The position numbers and the translations under genes are program-made. DNA of 33,009 nt. It comes from Actinomycetota bacterium (GTDB lineage Bacteria > Actinomycetota > Actinomycetes > Actinomycetales > Microbacteriaceae). Position 1 is the stretch's first letter, and each line of letters begins with the position of its first letter. The notes beneath the pieces were generated by a model. It made no database searches, was not told the origin of the DNA, and worked only from the letters and a program-made list of their open reading frames with translations. The stretch spans positions 1 to 33,009 of the forward strand of contig WLGA01000001.1 of the NCBI GenBank assembly GCA_009703445.1, in the 5' to 3' direction. This document shows, piece after piece, positions 9,821-18,623 of this stretch.

Positions 9821-10488
9821 TAGTACCATCCAAGCTTGTCAGAGTGCGCTAGAGCACCGCACGGGGCTCCGTAGCGTGCCTTGATGTACTTCACGCCCCA
9901 GCGAATCTGTGTCTCTGGGTTGGTGAGCCAGTCGCCGCCCTCGGTAGACATCTTGCTACCCGGCAACGATTGAGGAATGCCGTAAGCGCCGGAACTCGTA
10001 TTCGCGGCATTTACGCGCCAGTTTGATTCGCGCTCCCAGAGCTTCACTAAACATGAATATTGGTCTTCACCAAACTTCATCGAAATCAATAGATCGAAAG
10101 CGTATGCCTTCGCGGTTCCTGGGCTTGGCATCGATGCAGCCTCAACGAACATTGCCGCCGCATCGCTGCCGGTGACGATGTTGAAACCGCCTCGAGTGAA
10201 AAGGATTTTTTGAGTGCTCGAATAGCCATAGGTTTGAGTGACGTCTGCCTCGGTCTCGAAGTCAAAAGTCATCATGGTGCTAGCGCTGGCAATGGTTCCA
10301 GAATAAGGATCAACGACAGTAACCAAAACGAACGAAACCGAAAACAGGAAGCCCCAAAGCGGTCTGAAAAAGTGCCGCTTTAGCTTTGGAATCCTTGGGC
10401 GGGTTAGCGGAGTTTTATCGAAGGCAAGGTCGGCATAGTGCCCAACCTTTTGCGACAGCGACGGCAGTGAAGCCTCGTGTCTACCCAT
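9820..10488 (-). CDS. Membrane-anchored lytic transglycosylase (SLT/lysozyme-like C-terminal domain)
   Basis: CLVKLWERESNW (catalytic Glu), SGAYGIPQSLP and NPETQIRWGVKYIKARYG, with one N-terminal TM. SD AAGAGGT upstream. Confidence 0.9.
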   Translation of the reverse strand: MGRHEASLPSLSQKVGHYADLAFDKTPLTRPRIPKLKRHFFRPLWGFLFSVSFVLVTVVDPYSGTIASASTMMTFDFETEADVTQTYGYSSTQKILFTRGGFNIVTGSDAAAMFVEAASMPSPGTAKAYAFDLLISMKFGEDQYSCLVKLWERESNWRVNAANTSSGAYGIPQSLPGSKMSTEGGDWLTNPETQIRWGVKYIKARYGAPCGALAHSDKLGWY

Positions 10489-10545
10489 GAAATACCTCTT
10501 GAATCTAGCCGGCCAGTCAAAGTCTCAGTCTACCCGACCGCAGTT

Positions 10546-11214
10546 TTAGGCGCTAGGGATGGGCTGTTTCGGGCACTTTGCAAGGATGCCCTGGATTGCC
10601 GATTTTTCCGCCGAGGTGACCCAAATCTTGTATTTAGCCTTGACCGCCACTTGGCGAGCAACATAGGCGCATCGATACGATTTGTTCGGCGGCAGCCAGG
10701 TTGCAGCATCACCGTCACCCTTCGCAGAGTTTGTCGGTCCGTCAACCGCCAAGAGGTTCAGCGGGTCGTTATAGAAGGAATATCGAGACTCTGATGAAAG
10801 CTGCTGTGCTCCCTTTTGCCAGGCATCACTTACGGCTACGACGTGATCAATCTGCACCGCCAACGAGGTTTTTACCCCGCGAACGAACTTTATGGCCTTG
10901 CCTGTGTAAGGGTCGACAAGTCTGCCAGTGGCAACGATACAGTTCTCCCCCGAACGCCAGGTAATAGATGTCAGATCGCGTTTGAGAATGAAGTTACGAG
11001 TGTCGCAACCCGAGATGGTGCCCCAACCGTCGCTGAATAGGTCGCGAGCGTAGCCGGTCTTAGGTGCTCGCCCCTTAACCGCAAGTTTCTCTAAGACTTT
11101 GCTGGCTAGAGGTGCTGAGGCAGCTTCGGCAGAAACAACGCCTCCCTCGAGAGCAGAAGCGAATAGACCAACCGCCAGCAGGCCGGCGGCCGCAAATCTA
11201 GCGGTTTTGTTCAA
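10546..11214 (-). CDS. Secreted HNH endonuclease, DUF1524 family
   Basis: Signal peptide with AxA site, GCDTRNFILKRD, DPYTG, QIDHVVAVSDAW, NDPLNLLAVDGPTNSAKGD and WLPPN. The TTG start overlaps the upstream gene by 17 nt. Confidence 0.88.
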   Translation of the reverse strand: MNKTARFAAAGLLAVGLFASALEGGVVSAEAASAPLASKVLEKLAVKGRAPKTGYARDLFSDGWGTISGCDTRNFILKRDLTSITWRSGENCIVATGRLVDPYTGKAIKFVRGVKTSLAVQIDHVVAVSDAWQKGAQQLSSESRYSFYNDPLNLLAVDGPTNSAKGDGDAATWLPPNKSYRCAYVARQVAVKAKYKIWVTSAEKSAIQGILAKCPKQPIPSA

Positions 11215-11749
11215 TTTGAAGGGCTTCGATCACTCGATCAATGAAAGCGTCGACCTGAGCCTCCACGTATCCCCCGCGCTTGGCATTGAAAACAACCCGG
11301 CGAACTTCATTGATGGTGATTGGGGCCTGAGAGTCGAAATGTCTTGTGATGTGTTCACAGAGGGCATCTACTTGCTTACGGCTGTAACCGCGAAGCAGCA
11401 GACCCGTGTTTGAGAATCGCTTGCCTCGAGGGCGTGCCAATCGGCCGCGAACTAGCTCTAATACTCGGGCAAGTCTGTCATCTAGGGCGAAGCTACCCTT
11501 CTCGTTCTTCTGACGCAGGATCTCACGAGCCGCAAAGCTGTCCTCGAGCTTATCCATCGCCCCGTCAACAATTTCAGGGATGAACCCTCCGTGAACCAGG
11601 TCAAACTCGGTGTTGCGGACATCGTGGGCGGTAACGCCATTCTCAACCGGGTTGTTGAACTGCTCGCGCGCGCGAGTTAAGAACTCTTCGACCTGGGCTG
11701 GTGTGTAACCGGGCTGCTTTGGGCCTGATTTCGGAAAGGTAAAACTCAT
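11198..11749 (-). CDS. Tandem DivIVA-domain protein
   Basis: Four DivIVA-like G(Y/F)xxxxV(D/E) units: GYTPAQVEEFL, GGFIPEIVDGAM, RGYSRKQVDALC and GGYVEAQVDAFI. Confidence 0.88.
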   Translation of the reverse strand: MSFTFPKSGPKQPGYTPAQVEEFLTRAREQFNNPVENGVTAHDVRNTEFDLVHGGFIPEIVDGAMDKLEDSFAAREILRQKNEKGSFALDDRLARVLELVRGRLARPRGKRFSNTGLLLRGYSRKQVDALCEHITRHFDSQAPITINEVRRVVFNAKRGGYVEAQVDAFIDRVIEALQIEQNR

Positions 11750-11771
11750 AGGAAGATTCTTTCAGCCGAGG

Positions 11772-12638
11772 TTACTGGGCGATTGGGAAGAAGATGCTGG
11801 CGAACAGGTATGCGATCAAAGCAGCCGGAAGAATCGAATCCATGCGATCCATGACTCCACCATGCCCCGGCAGCAAGGAACTCATGTCCTTGACGCCAAG
11901 ATCGCGCTTGATGAGAGACTCTGCAAGATCACCGAAGACGGCAGCAAGTAACATGACGGCGGCAAAGAGCAAGCCCTGCCACCAGGCACCGTGAAAACCC
12001 CAAACAACAAAGGCAAAGGAACTAGTTGTGCCGCCGACGATTGAGGCCATAAGACCCTCAATGCTCTTCTTTGGGCTCACGCCGGGTGCCATCTGGTGCT
12101 TACCGAGCTTGCGCCCGACCAGGTAACCCATGGTGTCAATCATCGAGACAGTCACAACGAATGCGATAACCCAAAGTGCGCCATCCTCTGGGCGACGCAG
12201 TAAAAGAATAGCGAAGCTGGTCATGAGAGGCAGGTAAATAACCACGAAGGCTGATGCGGCGAAGTCTCGCACCGTGGTTCTGAATGCCTGCATCGGCGCC
12301 TGGCGGCGCTCCCACAACAAATGCACTGTGCGCCAAAGAATAAGGGCCGCAACCGTTCCGAGAGAGACAAGCCATTGGGCCTCTGCCCCACCATAGAAGG
12401 CGGCGGGCATAATCAAGACCGCGCCAACAACGCTTGGCACGCGAGGCACATACCAGCCCTTGATTCTCAACGCGGTCGAAAGCTCCCATGCACCTGCGCC
12501 AGCCGCGGCCGCGGCAAGCACCATAAAGAGCTCTTTATAGATCAGAACAGAAAGCAGAAAAGCGCCACCGAGCAACAAACCAACAGCGATCGACTTCGAA
12601 AGGCTGCGGCCGGCAGGGGCGCTTTGCTGATTGGACAA
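11772..12638 (-). CDS. cdsA: Phosphatidate cytidylyltransferase
   Basis: SPKKSIEG and GDLAESLIKRDLGVKDMSSLLPGHGGVMDRMDS signature; directly follows frr. Confidence 0.96.
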   Translation of the reverse strand: MSNQQSAPAGRSLSKSIAVGLLLGGAFLLSVLIYKELFMVLAAAAAGAGAWELSTALRIKGWYVPRVPSVVGAVLIMPAAFYGGAEAQWLVSLGTVAALILWRTVHLLWERRQAPMQAFRTTVRDFAASAFVVIYLPLMTSFAILLLRRPEDGALWVIAFVVTVSMIDTMGYLVGRKLGKHQMAPGVSPKKSIEGLMASIVGGTTSSFAFVVWGFHGAWWQGLLFAAVMLLAAVFGDLAESLIKRDLGVKDMSSLLPGHGGVMDRMDSILPAALIAYLFASIFFPIAQ

Positions 12639-13199
12639 TTAGACCTCTAGGAGTTCTGCTTCTTTGCGCTTCAAGGCTTCATCGATTGCATCAACATAAG
12701 TCTTGGTAAGAGCATCGAGTTCCTTCTCGGCACGCGAGATTTCGTCGTCGCCTGCGAGACCATCCTTCTTGGCAGCGGCCAAGTCATCGTTGCCCTTGCG
12801 GCGAAGGTTGCGAACGACCACGCGGTGGTCTTCAGCCTTGCCCTTGACCAACTTGACGTAGTCGCGTCGACGCTCTTCGGTTAGATCCGGCAGCGTGACA
12901 CGGATGAGGTTTCCGTCGTTCTGAGGGTTTGCATCCAGGTTCGGCATCTCGCGAAGAGCCTGCTCGATAGCCTTCAAAGCGCCCTTGTCGTAAGGGGTGA
13001 TCACGATGGTACGCGCCTCAGGGTTAGCTAGCTGGCCTAGCTGACCAAGCGGGGTTGGAGTGCCATAGTAATCAACCATGACCTTCTGGAAAAGCTGTGG
13101 GTTGGCGCGACCGGTGCGCACGTTCGCGAAGTCTTCCTTTGCCGATTCGACGGCCTTAGCCATCTTCTCTTTCGAGGTAGCAAGAATTTCTGAAAGCAT
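12639..13199 (-). CDS. frr: Ribosome recycling factor
   Basis: [18 protein letters not shown] and [13 protein letters not shown]; SD AGGAG. Confidence 0.98.
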   Translation of the reverse strand: MLSEILATSKEKMAKAVESAKEDFANVRTGRANPQLFQKVMVDYYGTPTPLGQLGQLANPEARTIVITPYDKGALKAIEQALREMPNLDANPQNDGNLIRVTLPDLTEERRRDYVKLVKGKAEDHRVVVRNLRRKGNDDLAAAKKDGLAGDDEISRAEKELDALTKTYVDAIDEALKRKEAELLEV

Positions 13200-13232
13200 T
13201 TTGTTCTCCTGTTTTTCTAAAACACGTTCAAC

Positions 13233-13943
13233 CTAGGCGGTTACAAACGTGCCAATCTTCTTGCCCATGATGGCATCGGTGACATTTCCCTTGCCCTGCA
13301 TGCCAAAGACACGCATCGGCATCTTGTTGTCCATGCAGAGGCTAAACGCGGTTGCATCGACAACCTTTAGGCCCTGAACCAAAGCATCCTGGTAGGTAAT
13401 CGATTCAAGCTTGACCGCCGAAGGGTCCTTCTTCGGGTCTGCAGAATAGACTCCATCGACGCCATTCTTGGCGACCAGAACCTCATCGGCGTGGATCTCA
13501 AGCGCACGCTGCGCTGCAACGGTGTCGGTCGAGAAGTAAGGAAGACCTGCTCCTGCACCAAAAATTACGACGCGACCCTTTTCGAGGTGGCGCACTGCGC
13601 GAAGCGGAATGTATGCCTCGGTGACCTGAGCCATGTTGATTGCAGACTGAACGCGGGTGCTAACACCTGCCTGTTCTAGGAAGTCTTGTAGGGCCAGAGC
13701 ATTCATCACGGTGCCTAGCATGCCCATGTAGTCAGCACGAGATCGGTCCATTCCGCGCTGTGAAAGCTCGGCGCCACGGAAGAAGTTTCCGCCACCAACA
13801 ACGATCGCTACTTCAGCGGTCTTTGCGCCCTCTGCGATTTCACGGGCCATTTCGGCAACGATGTCTGGGTTCACACCGAGGGTTCCTCCGCCAAAAGCTT
13901 CACCCGAAAGCTTGAGCAGAACGCGGCGCTTCTTCTGTGCCAT
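13233..13943 (-). CDS. pyrH: UMP kinase
   Basis: [32 protein letters not shown] and PYFSTDT; SD AGGAGGG. Confidence 0.98.
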   Translation of the reverse strand: MAQKKRRVLLKLSGEAFGGGTLGVNPDIVAEMAREIAEGAKTAEVAIVVGGGNFFRGAELSQRGMDRSRADYMGMLGTVMNALALQDFLEQAGVSTRVQSAINMAQVTEAYIPLRAVRHLEKGRVVIFGAGAGLPYFSTDTVAAQRALEIHADEVLVAKNGVDGVYSADPKKDPSAVKLESITYQDALVQGLKVVDATAFSLCMDNKMPMRVFGMQGKGNVTDAIMGKKIGTFVTA

Positions 13944-13980
13944 GGGACACCCTCCTGGATTGTGTGATTTTTCTTTCTCT

Positions 13981-13986
13981 ATTGTA
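13981..13986 (-). promoter_or_regulatory. Probable -10 box (TACAAT) for pyrH-frr-cdsA
   Basis: TACAAT on the minus strand just past the tsf terminator, 37 nt upstream of the pyrH ATG. Confidence 0.55.
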
Positions 13987-13996
13987 AACGAGCAGC

Positions 13997-14029
13997 AAAA
14001 AAGGCTCGGCCGAAATCGACCGAGCCTTT
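13997..14029 (-). terminator. Intrinsic terminator after rpsB-tsf
   Basis: Minus strand AAAGGCTCGGTCG-ATTT-CGGCCGAGCCTTTTTT: a long stem followed by a U tract, 17 nt after the tsf stop. Confidence 0.88.
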
Positions 14030-14046
14030 GATGTTTTTAGCTTTAG

Positions 14047-14874
14047 TTATGCACCGACGCGGAAGCGAACGAATGCTGAAACAGTGACGCCAGCGGTCTC
14101 TAGAACCTTGGCGACTGACTGCTTGTTGTCCTTTGCGAAGTCCTGCTCAAGAAGCACGTTCTCCTTGAAGAAGCCGGTTACGCGGCCTTCAACGATCTTC
14201 GAAAGCGCAGCCTCTGGCTTGCCTTCGTTGCGTGCGGTCTCTTCAGCGATGCGGCGCTCGGTTGCAACGGTCTCTGCGTCAACGTCTTCACGAGAAAGAA
14301 CGGTTGGTGAGAACGCGGCAATGTGAACTGCAACATCGTGAGCGGTTTCAGCGTCTGAACCTGAGTAAGCAACAAGAACACCAACCTGAGGAGGAAGGTC
14401 CTTGCTGGTGCGGTGTAGGTAAGCGTCAACAGCCGCATCCTTTAGAGATGCAACGCGACGAAGTTCAACCTTCTCGCCCATGATTGCTGCTTCGTCGTTG
14501 ATTGCCTCTGAAACAGTCTTGCCGCCTAGGTTTGCAGCAAGAGCTGCCTCTAGTGTCTCGGCGCCAGCTGCAGCAATTGCATCTGCGACTGAGTCTGCAA
14601 GCTCAACGAACTTAGGGGTCTTAGCAACGAAGTCGGTCTCGCAAGCAAGCTCTACTAGGTAGCCGGTGCCACCGTTCACGCGAGCAAGGATTAGACCGTT
14701 GCTGGTGGTGCGACCTTCGCGCTTGGTAACGCCCTTTAGGCCCTTTAGACGAAGGAACTCAAGAGCCTTGTCAACGTTGCCGTCGGCCTCGTCAAGAGCA
14801 CCCTTGCAGTCCATCATTCCGGCGCCGCTGCGGTCGCGCAACGCCTTTACATCTGCGGCGGTGTAGTTTGCCAT
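14047..14874 (-). CDS. tsf: Elongation factor Ts
   Basis: VKALRDRSGAGMMDCKGAL, ELACETDFVA and MGEKVELRR. Confidence 0.98.
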   Translation of the reverse strand: MANYTAADVKALRDRSGAGMMDCKGALDEADGNVDKALEFLRLKGLKGVTKREGRTTSNGLILARVNGGTGYLVELACETDFVAKTPKFVELADSVADAIAAAGAETLEAALAANLGGKTVSEAINDEAAIMGEKVELRRVASLKDAAVDAYLHRTSKDLPPQVGVLVAYSGSDAETAHDVAVHIAAFSPTVLSREDVDAETVATERRIAEETARNEGKPEAALSKIVEGRVTGFFKENVLLEQDFAKDNKQSVAKVLETAGVTVSAFVRFRVGA

Positions 14875-14876
14875 CT

Positions 14877-15734
14877 TTACTTTGCTTCCTCTACTGCAAC
14901 AGCCTCTGCTGGTGCTTCAACGGTCTCGGTTGCGGTCTCTGCAGGTGCTGCAGGTGCTGCAACTGCCTCAGCTGCTGCGGTGCCCTGCTCGAGAAGCTCG
15001 CGCTCCCACTCGGCTAGAGGCTCAGCTGCTGCCTCTGGCTTTGCGTGACGAGCGATTAGGCCCTCTGCAACTGCATCTGCGATAACGCGGGTTAGAAGGT
15101 GAACTGAACGGATTGCGTCGTCGTTTCCTGGAATACCGATGGTGACCTCGTCTGGGTCACAGTTGGTGTCGAGGATACCGATAACTGGAATGCCCAGCTT
15201 CTTCGCCTCGGTGATTGCTAGGTGCTCCTTGTTGGTGTCTACAACCCAGATCGCTGATGGAGTCTTGGTGATGTTGCGGATACCGCCTAGAGCCTTCTCT
15301 AGCTTGTCCTTCTCGCGGCGAAGGATAAGAAGTTCCTTCTTGGTAAGACCAGTCTTGGTCGCGCCAGAGAAGTCCATGACCTCAAGTTCCTTTAGACGTG
15401 AAAGACGTCCCTGGATGGTCTGGAAGTTGGTCAAAAGACCACCCAACCAACGCTGGTTGATGTATGGCTGGCCTACGCGAAGAGCCTGCTCGGCGATTGC
15501 TTCCTGAGCCTGCTTCTTGGTGCCTACGAATAGGATGCTGCCGCCGTGTGCAACGGTCTCCTTGACGAAGTCGTATGCCTTGTCAATGATGGCAAGTGAC
15601 TGCTGTAGGTCGATGATGTAGATGCCTGAACGGTCGGTCAGGATGAAGCGACGCATCTTTGGGTTCCAACGACGGGTCTGGTGACCGAAGTGAACGCCGC
15701 TGTCGAGCAGCTGGCGGATTGTTACAACTGCCAT
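14877..15734 (-). CDS. rpsB: 30S ribosomal protein S2
   Basis: [34 protein letters not shown] and PGNDDAIRS. True start is ATG 15734 after SD AAGGAG; the ORF-track start 15896 runs through the leader. Confidence 0.98.
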   Translation of the reverse strand: MAVVTIRQLLDSGVHFGHQTRRWNPKMRRFILTDRSGIYIIDLQQSLAIIDKAYDFVKETVAHGGSILFVGTKKQAQEAIAEQALRVGQPYINQRWLGGLLTNFQTIQGRLSRLKELEVMDFSGATKTGLTKKELLILRREKDKLEKALGGIRNITKTPSAIWVVDTNKEHLAITEAKKLGIPVIGILDTNCDPDEVTIGIPGNDDAIRSVHLLTRVIADAVAEGLIARHAKPEAAAEPLAEWERELLEQGTAAAEAVAAPAAPAETATETVEAPAEAVAVEEAK

Positions 15735-15920
15735 GGCAGTCTCCTTTTTCGGCGCGCGAAGGCGCCACTCAGTTTTCTGTTCCAGACGGTTGTCTGGCAC
15801 ACCTGGTGCCGGATCTGTTTCGCCGTGATTGCTCTCGGACTGAGTGAAACGTGGATCTGATTCGACACGCGAAGTCAACAAGCGCGACAAGCGCACATGT
15901 TGCTAGTTCTCAGCATACCA
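15735..15920 (-). promoter_or_regulatory. rpsB promoter (extended -10 TGGTATGCT) and about 170-nt structured 5' leader
   Basis: TGnTATGCT at 15920-15912. Hairpins CCAGAC-AACC-GTCTGG (15782-15797) and GGCGC-CTTCGC-GCGCC, plus an 8-bp long-range pair 15839-15846/15766-15773. Confidence 0.65.
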
Positions 15921-15993
15921 GTCAAAGGTCCGGTTTATCCACCGCTTTGCCAATGATTATGCGACTTTTCTCCCGATTGGTCAGTCTTGATAC

Positions 15994-16482
15994 ATGCTGA
16001 AATTTGCCGTTCTTTCGCTCTTCACACTCGCCACTCTCGGCCCGACAGGTGCCAGTTGGCAAGCACCGTTCGACTCCCCCCATCGACTGGTTCGGCCCTA
16101 TCTGCAACCCGCAAGCGACTACTCTGCTGGCCATCGCGGCGTGGACTATGAGATTGAGCTCGACGAACCACTTTTCGCCCCAGCTGATGGCGTGATCGCG
16201 GTTTCAAAGGTCATCGTGAATCGTGGGGTTTTGGCGATAAAACATGGCGCTGGGCTGCTGAGCGAGCTCGAGCCAGCTTGTTCCGATATGCCAGTTGGAA
16301 CCACTGTTCTAAAGGGTGAAGTGATCGGTTGGGCTTGCTCGGCTGACGCTGACTACGCCCAACACTGTTCGGCCGATTCCTGTCTCCATTTTTCGCTTCG
16401 ACTCGAGGGTAAATACCTCTCGCCGTCGGCTCTCATCGGAGGGCTCAACCCCTCACGTCTACTGCCTTACGCGCGCGGGTGA
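15994..16482 (+). CDS. Secreted M23-family peptidase-like protein
   Basis: Signal peptide, GHRGVD (HxxxD), FAPADGVI and CLHFSLR...YLSP. Lies divergent from rpsB, a common actinobacterial arrangement. Confidence 0.85.
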   Translation: MLKFAVLSLFTLATLGPTGASWQAPFDSPHRLVRPYLQPASDYSAGHRGVDYEIELDEPLFAPADGVIAVSKVIVNRGVLAIKHGAGLLSELEPACSDMPVGTTVLKGEVIGWACSADADYAQHCSADSCLHFSLRLEGKYLSPSALIGGLNPSRLLPYARG

Positions 16483-17369
16483 GCGTTTTTATAGCCATCT
16501 TTCAGGCGCTCAATGGACACGTGAGTGTAAATCTGGGTGGTTCCTAGGCTGGCATGGCCGAGCAGTTCCTGAACCGCCCTTAGATCAGCCCCGCCATCAA
16601 GAAGATGGGTTGCTGCGCTGTGCCTCAACGAGTGGGGGCCAGCTGTTCCGGTCGGGGTGTTTTCCAGCAGCGCTGCCACCAGTGCATAGATTTGTCGAAC
16701 CCCGACTCGCAACCCTCTTGAATTAAGGAACATTGCTGAGTCTGTTTTTTCTTGAGCGAGTTGATTTCGACCGTGGCGCAACCAACCATCGAGGGCATCC
16801 CGAGCTGGCTGCCCGAATGGAACCATGCGCTCCTTGGAGCCCTTACCCATGAGACGAACGATGTTTCGGCTGTAGTCAACGTTTCCAAGATCCAAAGCCG
16901 CGAGTTCACTCACTCGCGCTCCGGTGGCATAAAGAAGTTCAACCATCGCCAGATCACGCAGCCCACTCGGGTTATCGAGTGTCGCCCTCGACTCGAGTGC
17001 ACTGAATACCTGATCGAGGCTCTCTCGAGAAACTACTTTGGGAAGTGAGCGACCGGCCTTCGGCGAGCGCAGCCTAAGCCCTGGGTCTTCGGCTATGTAA
17101 CCGGCTTTATGAAGCCACAGAGTGAAGGCCCTGGCAGCTGCGCTCTTGCGGGCAATCGTTGCCTTGGATGCACCCTTTTCACTTTGCCTCCAAAGCCAAT
17201 CACGCAAAGATTCAAGGGTGATCGCCTCGGCCGAACTTTCTGCTCCCAGAATCAGAGTCAGGTCCTGCAAGTCGGCCAAGTAAGCCTTGAGTGTGTTTGG
17301 CGAATAACCCTTGCTCGAGCGCAGATAGGTCGCGAACTCGACCTGCGCACGTTCTAGGGAGATTGACAT
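16467..17369 (-). CDS. xerC: Tyrosine recombinase XerC
   Basis: Catalytic residues in ELLYATGARVSE, GKGSKER, HSLRHSAATH and LGHASLGTTQIYTHV; SAM-like N-terminus; position downstream of dprA. Confidence 0.92.
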   Translation of the reverse strand: MSISLERAQVEFATYLRSSKGYSPNTLKAYLADLQDLTLILGAESSAEAITLESLRDWLWRQSEKGASKATIARKSAAARAFTLWLHKAGYIAEDPGLRLRSPKAGRSLPKVVSRESLDQVFSALESRATLDNPSGLRDLAMVELLYATGARVSELAALDLGNVDYSRNIVRLMGKGSKERMVPFGQPARDALDGWLRHGRNQLAQEKTDSAMFLNSRGLRVGVRQIYALVAALLENTPTGTAGPHSLRHSAATHLLDGGADLRAVQELLGHASLGTTQIYTHVSIERLKDGYKNAHPRA

Positions 17370-17393
17370 GTTTCAAAGATAGTTCGGGACCGG

Positions 17394-18623
17394 TCAAAGA
17401 CTTCGTCGCCAACCCGATGAGTCTCGTTCGATGTATCCCAGCAGTGAGAGGCCAGCTATGCCAATCTCGGCCTCTGCGGCAGTTAGCCCACCTTCGCTGC
17501 GAATCCGATTGAAATCTGCGCCAGTCAGACCAATAACGTCGAGAACCCTCGTCTCTAGGGCGCCCAACCCAGAGACTTCAGCCGGCATTGTCGTTGAATT
17601 CTCGCCAAGCAACTCGAGAATGTCGTCTGCGCAGGTAATCAGCTCAGCCTTTTGACCCCTGATTAGTTGGTGACAGCCATCCGAGCCTGGAGCATTGATT
17701 GGCCCTGGAACGGCACCAATTGGCCTACCTAGGTCAACCCCTCGATTTGCGGTGCTCACCGCGCCGGATCGAGCATTGGCCTCTACCAGGATGATTGCCT
17801 GACCTAGAGCCGCAATGAGTCTGTTCCGCTGTAGGAACCTCCACTTGGTTGGTTCGGCTCCCGGAGGCATCTCGCTCAGCAACAGACCCTTGCTCGCTAT
17901 CTCATTGAATAGTTCCCGATTACCAGAGGGATAGAGCCTGTCGAGACCACCTGCCATGACGGCGATTGTTTTGCCGCCTAGTGCCAGGGTTGCTCGATGA
18001 GCCTGTGCATCGATTCCATACGCTCCGCCGGAGATAATCGAAAACCCCCTACTCGCCATGGGTCCAACAAGTTCGCCGGTGGCATATTCACCGTAGGCGG
18101 TTGAAACTCTCGAGCCGACGACCGAAATGGCACGGCCAATGTCAAAGTTTGGCGTTCCTATGCCCCATAAACCCCGCGGTGCATGATTCTCCAGGTCTAG
18201 CAGCGCGTTGGGCCAGAACTCCGACGTCTCGGTTACGAACCATCCTCCAAGGGCGGCAATCGTGTTGACAGCAGAGGCAACCTTGGCCATTGAAAACCTA
18301 GGTGACCAGCGCTCGCGAGCGTCGGCAAGTGTTCTCTCGAAACGACCAAATTTTTGCATTTCCGCCCAGTCAGAGCCAGCTTGAGCGAAAAGGGAAACGT
18401 ATCTGGCGGCTGCAGTTCGCGCCAGTTCGAGTGAAAGAGCCCTTGCGGCGCCAAAGGTTGAGATCAACTGCCCGGCAAAGGCATCGCCAGGTTCACAGAT
18501 TACTGACCAGGCAATCGAAGAAAAGTAGTCAATCTCATCCTCGCTGGAGTTACCAAAGCGAACCTTCGCGCAGATAGCGGATAAATCGGAGCTTGAAATG
18601 GATAAGTCAGCAACTTTCACCAT
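17394..18623 (-). CDS. dprA: DNA-processing protein DprA
   Basis: SVVGSRVSTAYG, IISGGAYGIDAQAH, RFLQRNRLIAAL and VEANARSGAVST, with a C-terminal winged-helix-like region. Start is ATG 18623 or GTG 18620, overlapping the comM stop. Confidence 0.96.
   Translation of the reverse strand: MVKVADLSISSSDLSAICAKVRFGNSSEDEIDYFSSIAWSVICEPGDAFAGQLISTFGAARALSLELARTAAARYVSLFAQAGSDWAEMQKFGRFERTLADARERWSPRFSMAKVASAVNTIAALGGWFVTETSEFWPNALLDLENHAPRGLWGIGTPNFDIGRAISVVGSRVSTAYGEYATGELVGPMASRGFSIISGGAYGIDAQAHRATLALGGKTIAVMAGGLDRLYPSGNRELFNEIASKGLLLSEMPPGAEPTKWRFLQRNRLIAALGQAIILVEANARSGAVSTANRGVDLGRPIGAVPGPINAPGSDGCHQLIRGQKAELITCADDILELLGENSTTMPAEVSGLGALETRVLDVIGLTGADFNRIRSEGGLTAAEAEIGIAGLSLLGYIERDSSGWRRSL

Noticed and set aside
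10546-11214. DUF1524 nuclease as a GmrSD-type or other anti-phage defence system
   Set aside because: There is no DUF262/GmrS partner or methylase, and the signal peptide points to export rather than cytoplasmic defence.
15735-15896. ORF-track N-terminal extensions of rpsB (also glgB 1612, comM 20290, hydrolase 9551)
   Set aside because: SD positions, stop-start overlaps and conserved N-termini support the downstream starts at 15734, 1702, 20182 and 9521.
16467-17369. Tyrosine recombinase as a phage or island integrase
   Set aside because: Size, motifs and the dprA-xerC-M23-rpsB context match housekeeping XerC. There is no adjacent tRNA, att repeat or cargo.
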